Shown in pieces: positions 21,032-33,128 of a stretch of DNA of 41,636 bases (positions are counted from its first letter, which is position 1; each line of letters starts with the position of its first letter). The DNA comes from a virus (taxonomy: Duplodnaviria > Heunggongvirae > Uroviricota > Caudoviricetes), in IMG/VR virus record IMGVR_UViG_2908567220_000009. One strand, written 5' to 3'. The translations under genes were made by a program, and so were the position numbers. Under the pieces are notes generated by a model that searched no databases, had not been told where the DNA came from, and was given only the letters and a program-made list of their open reading frames with translations.

Positions 21032-21610
21032 ATGAAGGGGCTTGAGAATGCCATCCGCAATCTGAACAGCCTTGATACCCGTATGGTGCCACAGGCCAGC
21101 GCATGGGCGATAAACCGTGTGGCACAGAAAGCGGTCTCGGTTACCACCCGGCAGGTTGCCGGGAATACCGTTGCGGGAGATAACCAGGTGAAAGGGATCC
21201 CCCTGAAACTGGTACGTCAGCGTGTCCGGGTGTTTAAAGCCAGTCCGTCAGGAAAAATGACGGCCAGGATCCGCGTTAACCGGGGCAATCTGCCTGCCAT
21301 TAAGCTGGGGACAGCCCGGGTCAGACTGGCCCGGCGTGGTGGAAAACTGCAGTACCGTGGCAGTGTGCTGAAGGTGGGTAAATATCTTTTCCGGGATGCG
21401 TTTATTCAGCAACTGGCGAATGGTCGCTGGCATGTGATGCGGCGTATTGATGGCAAAAATCGTTACCCCATTGATGTGGTGAAAATCCCGCTGTCCGGAC
21501 CGCTGACACAGGCATTTGAAGATGCCCGCGACCGCATCATTGCTGCGGAAATGCCGAAACAGCTGGGGTATGCACTGAAACAACAACTGAGGTTATGGCT
21601 GACCCGATGA
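21032..21610 (+). CDS. Z: minor tail protein Z
   Basis: 192 aa, the same length as lambda Z, in the position preceding U. Confidence 0.7.
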   Translation: MKGLENAIRNLNSLDTRMVPQASAWAINRVAQKAVSVTTRQVAGNTVAGDNQVKGIPLKLVRQRVRVFKASPSGKMTARIRVNRGNLPAIKLGTARVRLARRGGKLQYRGSVLKVGKYLFRDAFIQQLANGRWHVMRRIDGKNRYPIDVVKIPLSGPLTQAFEDARDRIIAAEMPKQLGYALKQQLRLWLTR

Positions 21611-22008
21611 ACCGACATACACAAATCCGCCAGGTCGTACTGGCACGCCTTCGGGAACAGTGTGGAGACAGCGCCACGTTTTTTGACGGGCTTCCGGCAT
21701 TTGTTGATGCGCAGGAACTGCCTGCCGTGGCGGTGTGGCTGAGTGATGCTCAGTACACCGGAAAAATGACGGATGAAGATGACTGGCAGGCTGTTCTGCA
21801 TATTGCTGTCTTCATCCGGGCACAGGCACCGGATTCAGAGCTGGATATGTGGATGGAGAGCACCATTTTCCCGGCCCTGAATGATGTACCAGCACTTTCC
21901 GGACTCATCGACACCCTGATCCCACTCGGTTTTAACTATCAACGTGATAATGAGATGGCCACCTGGGCGATGGCGGAAATCACGTACCAGATCACGTACA
22001 CGAATTAA
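21607..22008 (+). CDS. U: tail terminator protein U
   Basis: Strong similarity to lambda U: ...ATFFDGLPAFVDAQELPAVAVWLSDAQYTG...DWQAVLHIAVFIRAQAPDSELDMWMES.... Start overlaps the Z stop (ATGA). Confidence 0.85.
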   Translation: MNRHTQIRQVVLARLREQCGDSATFFDGLPAFVDAQELPAVAVWLSDAQYTGKMTDEDDWQAVLHIAVFIRAQAPDSELDMWMESTIFPALNDVPALSGLIDTLIPLGFNYQRDNEMATWAMAEITYQITYTN

Positions 22009-22018
22009 GGAGGTGGTA

Positions 22019-22762
22019 ATGACCACACCAAATCCACTGGCAAAAACGAAAGGTGCGGGAACGACGTTCTGGATGTATACCGGCAAGGGCGATGCGTTTG
22101 CGAACCCTTTATCGGACACTGACTGGCTGCGTCTTGCGATGGTGAAGGATCTGCAACCTGGCGAAATGACCGCTGATGCAGAAGATGACACTTATCTCGA
22201 TGATGAAGATGCAGACTGGAAAACGACAACCCAGGGGCAGAAATCCGTTGGTGATACTTCGGCGACGCTGGCCTGGCGTCCGGGTGACAGCGGGCAGAAA
22301 AAACTGGTTCAGTTGTTCGACTCCGGTGAAGTCTGCGCGTTTCGTATCAAATATCCCAACGGCACTGTTGATGTTTTCCGTGGCTGGCTGAGCTCACTGG
22401 GTAAAACCATTGCCTCAAAAGACGTGATGACCCGCACTGTGAAAATCAGCGGTGTGGGGCGTCCGTATCTGGCAGAGGAAGGCACTGAAACCGTGAGCGT
22501 TACCGGGCTGACAGTATCACCGGCATCTGCCAGTGTAAAAGTGGGAGCAACCACCACGCTGACCTTTACAGTAAAACCTGACGGAGCCAGTGACAAAGCG
22601 ATCAGTGTGCATTCGTCAGATCCACAGACTGCCACGGTTACCCTGAACGGACTTGTGGCCACGGTAAAAGGCGTGAAGCAGGGCAGTGTCAGCATTGTGG
22701 GCATGACCGCTGACGGGAATTTTGTGGCTGTGGCTGCGGTGACTGTCAGCGCAGCAGGTTAA
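22019..22762 (+). CDS. V: major tail protein V
   Basis: MTTPNPLAKTKGAGTTFWMYTGKGDAFANPLSDTDW... is near-colinear with lambda V, including a C-terminal Ig-like domain. Confidence 0.9.
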   Translation: MTTPNPLAKTKGAGTTFWMYTGKGDAFANPLSDTDWLRLAMVKDLQPGEMTADAEDDTYLDDEDADWKTTTQGQKSVGDTSATLAWRPGDSGQKKLVQLFDSGEVCAFRIKYPNGTVDVFRGWLSSLGKTIASKDVMTRTVKISGVGRPYLAEEGTETVSVTGLTVSPASASVKVGATTTLTFTVKPDGASDKAISVHSSDPQTATVTLNGLVATVKGVKQGSVSIVGMTADGNFVAVAAVTVSAAG

Positions 22763-22782
22763 CAGGACGATACTCATCATTT

Positions 22783-22806
22783 GCCCCGGTTATCCGGGGC
22801 TTTTTT
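22783..22806 (+). terminator. rho-independent terminator after V
   Basis: GCCCCGG-TTAT-CCGGGGC hairpin followed by TTTTTT. Confidence 0.65.
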
Positions 22807-22819
22807 GCAGGTGGAGAAA

Positions 22820-23209
22820 ATGATGTTTCTGAAACAGGACACGTTTAATTATGAAAAACAGTCCGTGGTGCTCAGTGAGCTGTCCGGGCTGCAGAGAATT
22901 GAATATCTGATGTTTGTTCAGCAACGAACGGCAAAGTTTGATGCCGGGGAGGGAGAACTGCCGGAGGCTGAACGACAGATTGCTTTTCTGCGGATGGGGA
23001 TGGATATCAATGCCTGGCTGGTTTCCCGCTCACTGTGGAATGCGGAACAGTCTCAGGATGTTGAGACGCTTTACGCATCCGTTATTACAACATGGTCGTA
23101 TGATGCCCTGGGTGCGGGGGCGGAGATGGTTCTGTCGCTGAGCGGTATGGGGGCCATTGATAATGCCGGGGATTTGGAGCATGAGGTGCTGACGCCGGAA
23201 AAGTCCTGA
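22820..23209 (+). CDS. G: tail assembly chaperone G
   Basis: MMFLKQDTFNYEKQSVVLSELSGLQRIEYL... resembles lambda G (MFLKTESFEHNGVTVTLSELSALQRIEHL...). Confidence 0.85.
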   Translation: MMFLKQDTFNYEKQSVVLSELSGLQRIEYLMFVQQRTAKFDAGEGELPEAERQIAFLRMGMDINAWLVSRSLWNAEQSQDVETLYASVITTWSYDALGAGAEMVLSLSGMGAIDNAGDLEHEVLTPEKS

Positions 23210-23217
23210 CGCGGGAA

Positions 23218-23547
23218 ATGCAGTTTGTCATGCGGCTTGCCCGGGAGTTCCGGCGGGCAGACTGGCGGCGGATGCTGTCGGAAATGTCGGCCACTGAGCT
23301 TGGTGAGTGGGGCGATTATTTCCGGATGCAGAGCTTCAGTGATGTGTGGATGGATGCGCAGTTTGCCTCGCTGAAGGCATTGATCGTGAGAATGGTGTCC
23401 GGCAGCAGTGATGCTGCGGTGGCTGATTTCAGCCTTTTACCGGAAGAGAACGGGATACCGGAGCGAACGGACGAAGAACTGATGCATCTTGGGGAAGGTA
23501 TTTCCGGAGGTGTGCGTTATGGACCAGATAGCCAACCTGGTCATTGA
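23218..23547 (+). CDS. T: tail assembly protein T frame (expected to be made as a G-T fusion by -1 frameshift)
   Basis: The -1 frame is open from 23185 and overlaps the G 3' end; a heptamer GGAAAAG sits at 23197-23203; the frame runs into the tape-measure start. Confidence 0.7.
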   Translation: MQFVMRLAREFRRADWRRMLSEMSATELGEWGDYFRMQSFSDVWMDAQFASLKALIVRMVSGSSDAAVADFSLLPEENGIPERTDEELMHLGEGISGGVRYGPDSQPGH

Positions 23548-26500
23548 TTTGGGGATTGATGCGGCAGAGTTTAAAAATGAAATTCCCCGTATCAAAAACC
23601 TTCTGAATGGTGCAGCCAGCGATGCAGAACGGTCTTCTGCCCGTATGCAGCGTTTTATGGAGCGTCAGACTCAGGCCGCCCGGCAGACAACGCAGGCGGC
23701 GTCTTCGGCTGCAACAGCCGCATCCGTCCATGCGCAGACGGTGGAGAAGAACGCACAGGCTCATGAACGCATGGCCCGCGAGGTGGAGAAAACCCGCCAG
23801 CGTATGGAGGCACTGAGCCAGAAAATGCGCGAGGAACAGGCGCAGGCCATGGCTCTGGCGGAGGCTCAGGATAAAGCAGCTGCTGCGTTTTATCGTCAGA
23901 TTGACAGTGTGAAACAGGCCAGTGCGGGGCTGCAGGAATTACAGCGTATTCAGCAGCAGATCCGACAGGCCAGAAACAGTGGCGGGATTGGTCAGCAGGA
24001 TTATCTGGCGCTGATTTCTGAGGTTACGGCGAAAACCCGTGTTCTTACGCAGGCTGAGGAAGAGGCTACCCGACAGAAAGTGGCGTTTATCCGTCAGCTT
24101 AAAGAGCAGGCAACCCGCCAGAATCTTTCTTCTTCTGAGTTGCTTCGTGCTAAGGCTGCCCAGCTGGGGGTAAGCAGTGCTGCAGAAGTGTATATCCGCA
24201 AAATGGAGCAGGCAGGAAAAGCCACGCATTCGCTGGGTCTGAAAAGTGCAGCGGCCCGCCAGGAGATAGGCGTTCTGATAGGTGAACTGGCCCGCGGCAA
24301 TTTAGGGGCGCTGAGGGGATCCGGGATAACGCTGGCTAACCGTGCCGGATGGATAGACACTCTGATGTCACCGAAAGGCATGATGCTTGGCGGGGTTATT
24401 GGCGGTATTGCCGCGTCCGTCTATGGTCTGGGTAAAGCCTGGTATGACGGTCAGAAGGAGGGGGAAGAATTTAACCGCCAGTTGTCGCTGACGGGGCATT
24501 ATGCCGGAGTCACTGCCGGGCAGCTGTGGACGCTCAGTCGTGCTATTTCCGGGAATGGTATCACGCAACATGCTGCAGCCGGTGTGCTGGCTCAGGTGGT
24601 GGGGAGTGGTGCATTTCGTGGAAACGATATCGGTATGGTGGCGAGAGCTGCCGCACAGATGGAGCGATCGGTTGGCCAGTCGGTCAGCGATACCATAAAT
24701 CAGTTTAAGCGGCTGAAGGATGATCCTGTAAATGCCGCGAAGGCTCTGGACAATGAGCTGCATTTTCTTACTGCCACTCAGCTTGAGCAGATACGTGTCC
24801 TTGGGGATCAGGGACGGTCCAGTGATGCTGCACGGATAGCCATGTCTGCACTGGCAGAGGAAACCGGTCGGCGTACTGCGGATATTGATAATAACCTCAA
24901 TGCGCTTGGCAGTACGCTGAAGTATCTGTCTGATTTGTGGAGTCGTTTCTGGGATGCGGCCATGAATATTGGTCGTGAAGACTCGCTGGATGAACAGATT
25001 GCCGCTTTACAGGAGAAAGTGTCGCGGGCGAAAAGACTCCCCTGGACGGCATCATCTTCTCAGGTTGAATACGATCAGCAGCGTCTTAACGATCTTCAGG
25101 AGAAAAAACGCCAGAAGGATTTGCAGGAAGCAAAAGAGCAGGCAGAGCGGAATTATCAGGAGCAACAGAAACGACGTAATGCTGAAAATGCTGCACTGAA
25201 CCGGATGAATGAAACGGAAGCAGCACGACATCAGCGTGAAATTGCGCGTATTAATGCCATGCAGTACGCCGATCAGGCTGTCAGGGATGCAGCGATACAA
25301 CGTGAAAATGAACGTTACGAGAAAGCCCTGGCATCCGGTAAGAAAAAAACACGCGAAACCCGTAATGATGAGGCCACCCGGTTATTGCTGCAGTACAGTC
25401 AGCAACAGGCACAGGTGGAAGGACAGATTGCTGCTGCAAGACAGTCAGCAGGCATTGCCACTGAAAAGATGACAGAAGCGCATAAACAGCTTCTGGCTCT
25501 GCAGCAGCGCATCAGCGATCTGGACGGGAAAAAACTGACGGCAGATGAAAAGAGTGTGCTGGCCCGTAAAGATGAACTGATTCAGGCACTGACGCTGCTG
25601 GATGTAAAACAGCAGGAGCTTCAGAAACAGACGGCACTCAACGATCTGAAGAAAAAAACAATTCAGCTGACCAGTCAACTGGCTGAAGAAGAGCTCGCTC
25701 AGCGTCAGCAACATGACCTGGATATCGCCACGGTGGGTATGGGTGATCAGCAGCGGCAGCGATATCAGGTACAACTGAGTCTTCGCCAGAAATACCAGCA
25801 ACAGCTGGAGCAGTTGAGGCGGGATAGTGAGCAGAAAGGGACATATAACACGGATGACTACAGAAAGGCCGAGCAGGCGCTGACGGAGAGCCTGAACCGA
25901 CAACTGAATGAGAATCGCCGTTACTGGCAACAGCTTGAAGTTGTGCAGGGTAACTGGAAAAACGGAGTCCTGCGTGCATTTCAGGATTTTACCGTGGATG
26001 CAGACAATACGGCAGGAACAGCAGAACAGGTGTTCTCGTCAGCCTTCAGCAACATGGGAAATGGCCTGGCAACTTTTGTCACTACCGGCAAACTCAACTT
26101 CAAATCCTTCACCTCTTCGGTGCTGTCAGATATGGCGAAAATCCTGGCGCAGGCAACCATGATGAAATCGATAAAAGGGATTGGCAGTGTACTGGGATTT
26201 GATCTCAGCAGCCTTTCCCTGAATGCCAATGGGGGGATTTATCAGTCTGCTGATTTGAGTCGTTACAGTGGCACGGTGGTTAACCGTCCGACGTTTTTTG
26301 CTTTTGCAAAAGGCGCGGGTGTGATGGGGGAAGCTGGACCTGAAGCCATTCTGCCACTGCGTCGTGGTGCTGACGGTAAGCTGGGGGTTGTGGCGGATAT
26401 TGGTGGTTCAGGTATGGCGATGTTTGCCCCGCAGTACAACATCGAGATCAATAACGATGGCACGAACGGGCAGATAGGTCCGGCTGCCCTGAAGGTGGTT

Positions 26501-26584
26501 TATGACCTTGGGAAAAAAGCGGCAGCGGACTTTATGCAACAGCAGGCCCGTGATGGTGGTCGGTTAAGTGGAGCATATCGGTAA
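23519..26584 (+). CDS. H: tail tape measure protein H
   Basis: About 1021 aa, coiled-coil-rich (long Q/E/R/A-rich heptad regions), located between G/T and M. Confidence 0.9.
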   Translation: MDQIANLVIDLGIDAAEFKNEIPRIKNLLNGAASDAERSSARMQRFMERQTQAARQTTQAASSAATAASVHAQTVEKNAQAHERMAREVEKTRQRMEALSQKMREEQAQAMALAEAQDKAAAAFYRQIDSVKQASAGLQELQRIQQQIRQARNSGGIGQQDYLALISEVTAKTRVLTQAEEEATRQKVAFIRQLKEQATRQNLSSSELLRAKAAQLGVSSAAEVYIRKMEQAGKATHSLGLKSAAARQEIGVLIGELARGNLGALRGSGITLANRAGWIDTLMSPKGMMLGGVIGGIAASVYGLGKAWYDGQKEGEEFNRQLSLTGHYAGVTAGQLWTLSRAISGNGITQHAAAGVLAQVVGSGAFRGNDIGMVARAAAQMERSVGQSVSDTINQFKRLKDDPVNAAKALDNELHFLTATQLEQIRVLGDQGRSSDAARIAMSALAEETGRRTADIDNNLNALGSTLKYLSDLWSRFWDAAMNIGREDSLDEQIAALQEKVSRAKRLPWTASSSQVEYDQQRLNDLQEKKRQKDLQEAKEQAERNYQEQQKRRNAENAALNRMNETEAARHQREIARINAMQYADQAVRDAAIQRENERYEKALASGKKKTRETRNDEATRLLLQYSQQQAQVEGQIAAARQSAGIATEKMTEAHKQLLALQQRISDLDGKKLTADEKSVLARKDELIQALTLLDVKQQELQKQTALNDLKKKTIQLTSQLAEEELAQRQQHDLDIATVGMGDQQRQRYQVQLSLRQKYQQQLEQLRRDSEQKGTYNTDDYRKAEQALTESLNRQLNENRRYWQQLEVVQGNWKNGVLRAFQDFTVDADNTAGTAEQVFSSAFSNMGNGLATFVTTGKLNFKSFTSSVLSDMAKILAQATMMKSIKGIGSVLGFDLSSLSLNANGGIYQSADLSRYSGTVVNRPTFFAFAKGAGVMGEAGPEAILPLRRGADGKLGVVADIGGSGMAMFAPQYNIEINNDGTNGQIGPAALKVVYDLGKKAAADFMQQQARDGGRLSGAYR

Positions 26585-26913
26585 TGGAGACGTTTCACTG
26601 GAAAGTGCGCCCGGATATGAATGTGGTATCAGAGCCGAAAGTGGTGACAGTGAAGCTGGGCGATGGTTATGAACAGCGTCGTGCGGCGGGACTGAATAAC
26701 CAGTTGTCGACTTACAGCGTGACGATACGTGTTCGTAAATGTGAACACCCATCTTTAAAAGCCTTTCTGGAACGGCACGGTGGCGTCCGCGCATTTCAGT
26801 GGACGCCACCTTATGACTGGAAGCCGATCAGGGTGGTTTGTCGTAAATGGTCGGCAAGCGTGGGGGCGTTGTGGGTAACCATAACGGCAGATTTTGAACA
26901 GGTCGTGGCATAG
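26584..26913 (+). CDS. M: minor tail protein M
   Basis: 109 aa METFHWKVRPDMNVVSEPKVVTVKLGDGYEQR... is near-colinear with lambda M; start overlaps the H stop (TAATG). Confidence 0.9.
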   Translation: METFHWKVRPDMNVVSEPKVVTVKLGDGYEQRRAAGLNNQLSTYSVTIRVRKCEHPSLKAFLERHGGVRAFQWTPPYDWKPIRVVCRKWSASVGALWVTITADFEQVVA

Positions 26914-26922
26914 GAGTCTCTG

Positions 26923-27621
26923 ATGCAGGATATTCCACAGGAAACACATCATGAGACGACACGCCTCACTCAGTCAGCCCAGGTGGTGCTCTGGGAAATC
27001 GATCTGACAGTGGTCGGTGGAGAACGTTATTTTTTCTGTAATGAGCAGAACGAAAAAGGTGAGCCGGTCACCTGGCAGGGGCGACAGTATCAGGCGTATC
27101 CCATTCAGGGGACGGGATTTGAACTGAACGGCAAGGGCAGTGCTGCCCGTCCGACACTGACGGTTTCTAACCTGCACGGCATGGTCACCGGGATGGCGGA
27201 AGACCTGCAGAGTCTGGTCGGAGGAACGGTGGTCCGGCGTAAGGTTTACGCCCGTTTTCTGGATGCGGTGAACTTCGTCAACGGAAACAGTGACGCCGAT
27301 CCGGAGCAGGAGGTGATCAGCCGCTGGCGCATCGAGCAGTGCAGCGAACTGAGCGCGGTGAGTGCCTCTTTTGTACTGTCCACGCCGACGGAAACGGACG
27401 GTGCCGTTTTTCCGGGACGTATCATGCTGGCCAACACCTGCACCTGGACCTATCGCGGTGATGAGTGCGGTTATCACGGTCCGGCGGTCGCGGATGAATA
27501 TGATCAGCCGACGTCCGATATCACGAAGGATAAATGCAGCAAATGCCTGAGCGGCTGTAAGTTTCGCAATAACGTCGGCAACTTTGGCGGCTTCCTTTCC
27601 ATTAACAAACTTTCGCAGTAA
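26923..27621 (+). CDS. L: minor tail protein L
   Basis: 232 aa, the same length as lambda L, with a C-terminal Cys cluster (CSKCLSGCKF). Confidence 0.9.
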   Translation: MQDIPQETHHETTRLTQSAQVVLWEIDLTVVGGERYFFCNEQNEKGEPVTWQGRQYQAYPIQGTGFELNGKGSAARPTLTVSNLHGMVTGMAEDLQSLVGGTVVRRKVYARFLDAVNFVNGNSDADPEQEVISRWRIEQCSELSAVSASFVLSTPTETDGAVFPGRIMLANTCTWTYRGDECGYHGPAVADEYDQPTSDITKDKCSKCLSGCKFRNNVGNFGGFLSINKLSQ

Positions 27622-27626
27622 ATCCC

Positions 27627-28370
27627 ATGACACAGACAGAATCAGCGATTCTGGCGCACGCCCGGCGATGTGCGCCAGCGGAGTCGTGCGGCTTCGTGGT
27701 AAGCACGCCGGAGGGGGAAAGATATTTCCCCTGCGTGAATATCTCCGGTGAGCCGGAGGCGTATTTCCGTATGTCGCCGGAAGACTGGCTGCAGGCAGAA
27801 ATGCAGGGTGAGATTGTGGCGCTGGTCCACAGCCACCCCGGTGGTCTGCCCTGGCTGAGTGAGGCCGACCGGCGGCTGCAGGTGCAGAGTGATTTGCCGT
27901 GGTGGCTGGTTTGCCGGGGGACGATTCATAAGTTCCGCTGTGTGCCGCATCTCACCGGGCGGCGCTTTGAGCACGGAGTGACGGACTGTTACACACTGTT
28001 CCGGGATGCTTATCATCTGGCGGGGATTGAGATGCCGGATTTTCATCGCGGGGATGACTGGTGGCGTCACGGTCAGAATCTCTATCTGGATAATCTGGAG
28101 GCCACAGGGCTGTATCAGGTGCCGTTGTCATCAGCACAACCGGGCGATGTGCTGCTGTGCTGCTTTGGTTCATCGGTGCCGAATCATGCCGCCATTTACT
28201 GTGGTGACGGCGAGCTGCTGCACCATATTCCTGAACAACTGAGCAAACGAGAGAGGTACACCGACAAATGGCAGCGACGCACACACTCCCTCTGGCGTCA
28301 CCGGGCATGGCGCGCATCTGCCTTTACGGGGATTTGCAACGATTTGGCCGCCGCATCGACCTTCGTGTGA
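27627..28370 (+). CDS. K: tail assembly protein K (JAB/MPN plus NlpC/P60-like)
   Basis: 247 aa with a HSHP metal-binding motif (ALVHSHPGG) and Cys/His residues of NlpC/P60 type; position between L and I. Confidence 0.85.
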   Translation: MTQTESAILAHARRCAPAESCGFVVSTPEGERYFPCVNISGEPEAYFRMSPEDWLQAEMQGEIVALVHSHPGGLPWLSEADRRLQVQSDLPWWLVCRGTIHKFRCVPHLTGRRFEHGVTDCYTLFRDAYHLAGIEMPDFHRGDDWWRHGQNLYLDNLEATGLYQVPLSSAQPGDVLLCCFGSSVPNHAAIYCGDGELLHHIPEQLSKRERYTDKWQRRTHSLWRHRAWRASAFTGICNDLAAASTFV

Positions 28371-28939
28371 AAACGGGGGCTGAAGCCATCCGCGCACTGG
28401 CCACACAGCTCCCGGCGTTTCGTCAGAAACTGAGCGACGGCTGGTATCAGGTACGGATTGCCGGGCGGGACGTCAGCACGTCCGGGTTAACGGCGCAGTT
28501 ACATGAGACTCTGCCTGATGGCGCTGTGATTCATATTGTTCCCAGAGTCGCCGGGGCCAAGTCAGGTGGCGTATTCCAGATTGTCCTGGGGGCTGCCGCC
28601 ATTGCCGGATCATTCTTTACCGCCGGAGCCACCCTTGCAGCATGGGGGGCAGCCATTGGGGCCGGTGGTATGACCGGCATCCTGTTTTCTCTCGGTGCCA
28701 GTATGGTGCTCGGTGGTGTGGCGCAGATGCTGGCACCGAAAGCCAGAACTCCCCGTACACAGACAATGGATAACGGCAAACAGAACACCTATTTCTCCTC
28801 ACTGGATAACATGGTTGCCCAGGGCAATGTTCTGCCGGTTCTGTACGGTGAAATGCGCGTGGGGTCACGCGTGGTTTCTCAGGAGATCAGCACGGCAGAC
28901 GAAGGGGATGGTGGTCAGGTTGTGGTGATTGGTCGCTGA
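28268..28939 (+). CDS. I: tail assembly protein I
   Basis: 223 aa with a ubiquitin-like N-terminus and a Gly/Ala-rich hydrophobic segment; overlaps the K 3' end as in lambda. Confidence 0.85.
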   Translation: MAATHTLPLASPGMARICLYGDLQRFGRRIDLRVKTGAEAIRALATQLPAFRQKLSDGWYQVRIAGRDVSTSGLTAQLHETLPDGAVIHIVPRVAGAKSGGVFQIVLGAAAIAGSFFTAGATLAAWGAAIGAGGMTGILFSLGASMVLGGVAQMLAPKARTPRTQTMDNGKQNTYFSSLDNMVAQGNVLPVLYGEMRVGSRVVSQEISTADEGDGGQVVVIGR

Positions 28940-28958
28940 TGCAAAATGTTTTATGTGA

Positions 28959-28978
28959 AACCGCCTCCGGGCGGTTTT
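28959..28978 (+). terminator. terminator-like hairpin between I and J
   Basis: AACCGCC-TCCG-GGCGGTT followed by a short T tract; weak. Confidence 0.35.
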
Positions 28979-28996
28979 ATCGTTAATGGAGCATGA

Positions 28997-32398
<3,402 letters not shown>

Positions 32399-32416
32399 AT
32401 TTTATAACCCATAACG

Positions 32417-32440
32417 GGCGTCAGAAATGACGCCTTTTTT
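32417..32440 (+). terminator. rho-independent terminator after J
   Basis: GGCGTCA-GAAA-TGACGCC hairpin followed by TTTTTT. Confidence 0.7.
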
Positions 32441-32464
32441 ATTGCAGAAAAGCGAGAGGTAATT

Positions 32465-33064
32465 ATGCGTAAAGTTTGTGCAGCCATTTTGTCCGCAGCC
32501 ATCTGTCTGGCCGTATCCGGTGCGCCTGCATGGGCGTCTGAGCAGCAGGCCACACTGAGCGCAGGGTATCTTCATGCCCGTACGAACGCTCCCGGCAGCG
32601 ATAATCTGAACGGGATTAACGTGAAATACCGTTATGAGTTTACGGACACGCTGGGGCTGATTACGTCATTCAGTTATGCCAACGCTGAAGATGAGCAAAA
32701 AACGCATTACAGCGATACCCGCTGGCATGAGGATTCCGTGCGTAACCGCTGGTTCAGCGTGATGGCGGGGCCGTCTGTGCGCGTGAATGAATGGTTCAGC
32801 GCGTATGCGATGGCGGGTGTGGCTTACAGCCGTGTGTCGACTTTCTCCGGGGATTATCTCCGCGTAACTGACAACAAGGGGAAAACGCACGATGTGCTGA
32901 CCGGAAGTGATGACGGTCGCCACAGCAACATGTCTCTGGCGTGGGGGGCTGGCGTGCAGTTTAACCCGACCGAATCCGTGGCCATTGATATTGCTTATGA
33001 AGGCTCCGGCAGTGGCGACTGGCGCACTGACGGTTTCATCGTGGGTGTTGGTTATAAGTTCTGA
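32465..33064 (+). CDS. lom: Lom/Ail-family outer-membrane beta-barrel protein (moron)
   Basis: 199 aa with a signal peptide (MRKVCAAILSAAICLAVSGAPAWA) and the C-terminus ...IAYEGSGSGDWRTDGFIVGVGYKF shared with lambda Lom. Confidence 0.9.
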   Translation: MRKVCAAILSAAICLAVSGAPAWASEQQATLSAGYLHARTNAPGSDNLNGINVKYRYEFTDTLGLITSFSYANAEDEQKTHYSDTRWHEDSVRNRWFSVMAGPSVRVNEWFSAYAMAGVAYSRVSTFSGDYLRVTDNKGKTHDVLTGSDDGRHSNMSLAWGAGVQFNPTESVAIDIAYEGSGSGDWRTDGFIVGVGYKF

Positions 33065-33090
33065 TTAGCCAGGTAACACAGTGTTATGAC

Positions 33091-33117
33091 AGCCCGCCGG
33101 TTCAGGCGGGCTTTTTT
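33091..33117 (+). terminator. rho-independent terminator after lom
   Basis: AGCCCGCC-GGTTCA-GGCGGGCT followed by TTTTTT. Confidence 0.7.
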
Positions 33118-33128
33118 GTGGGGTGAAT

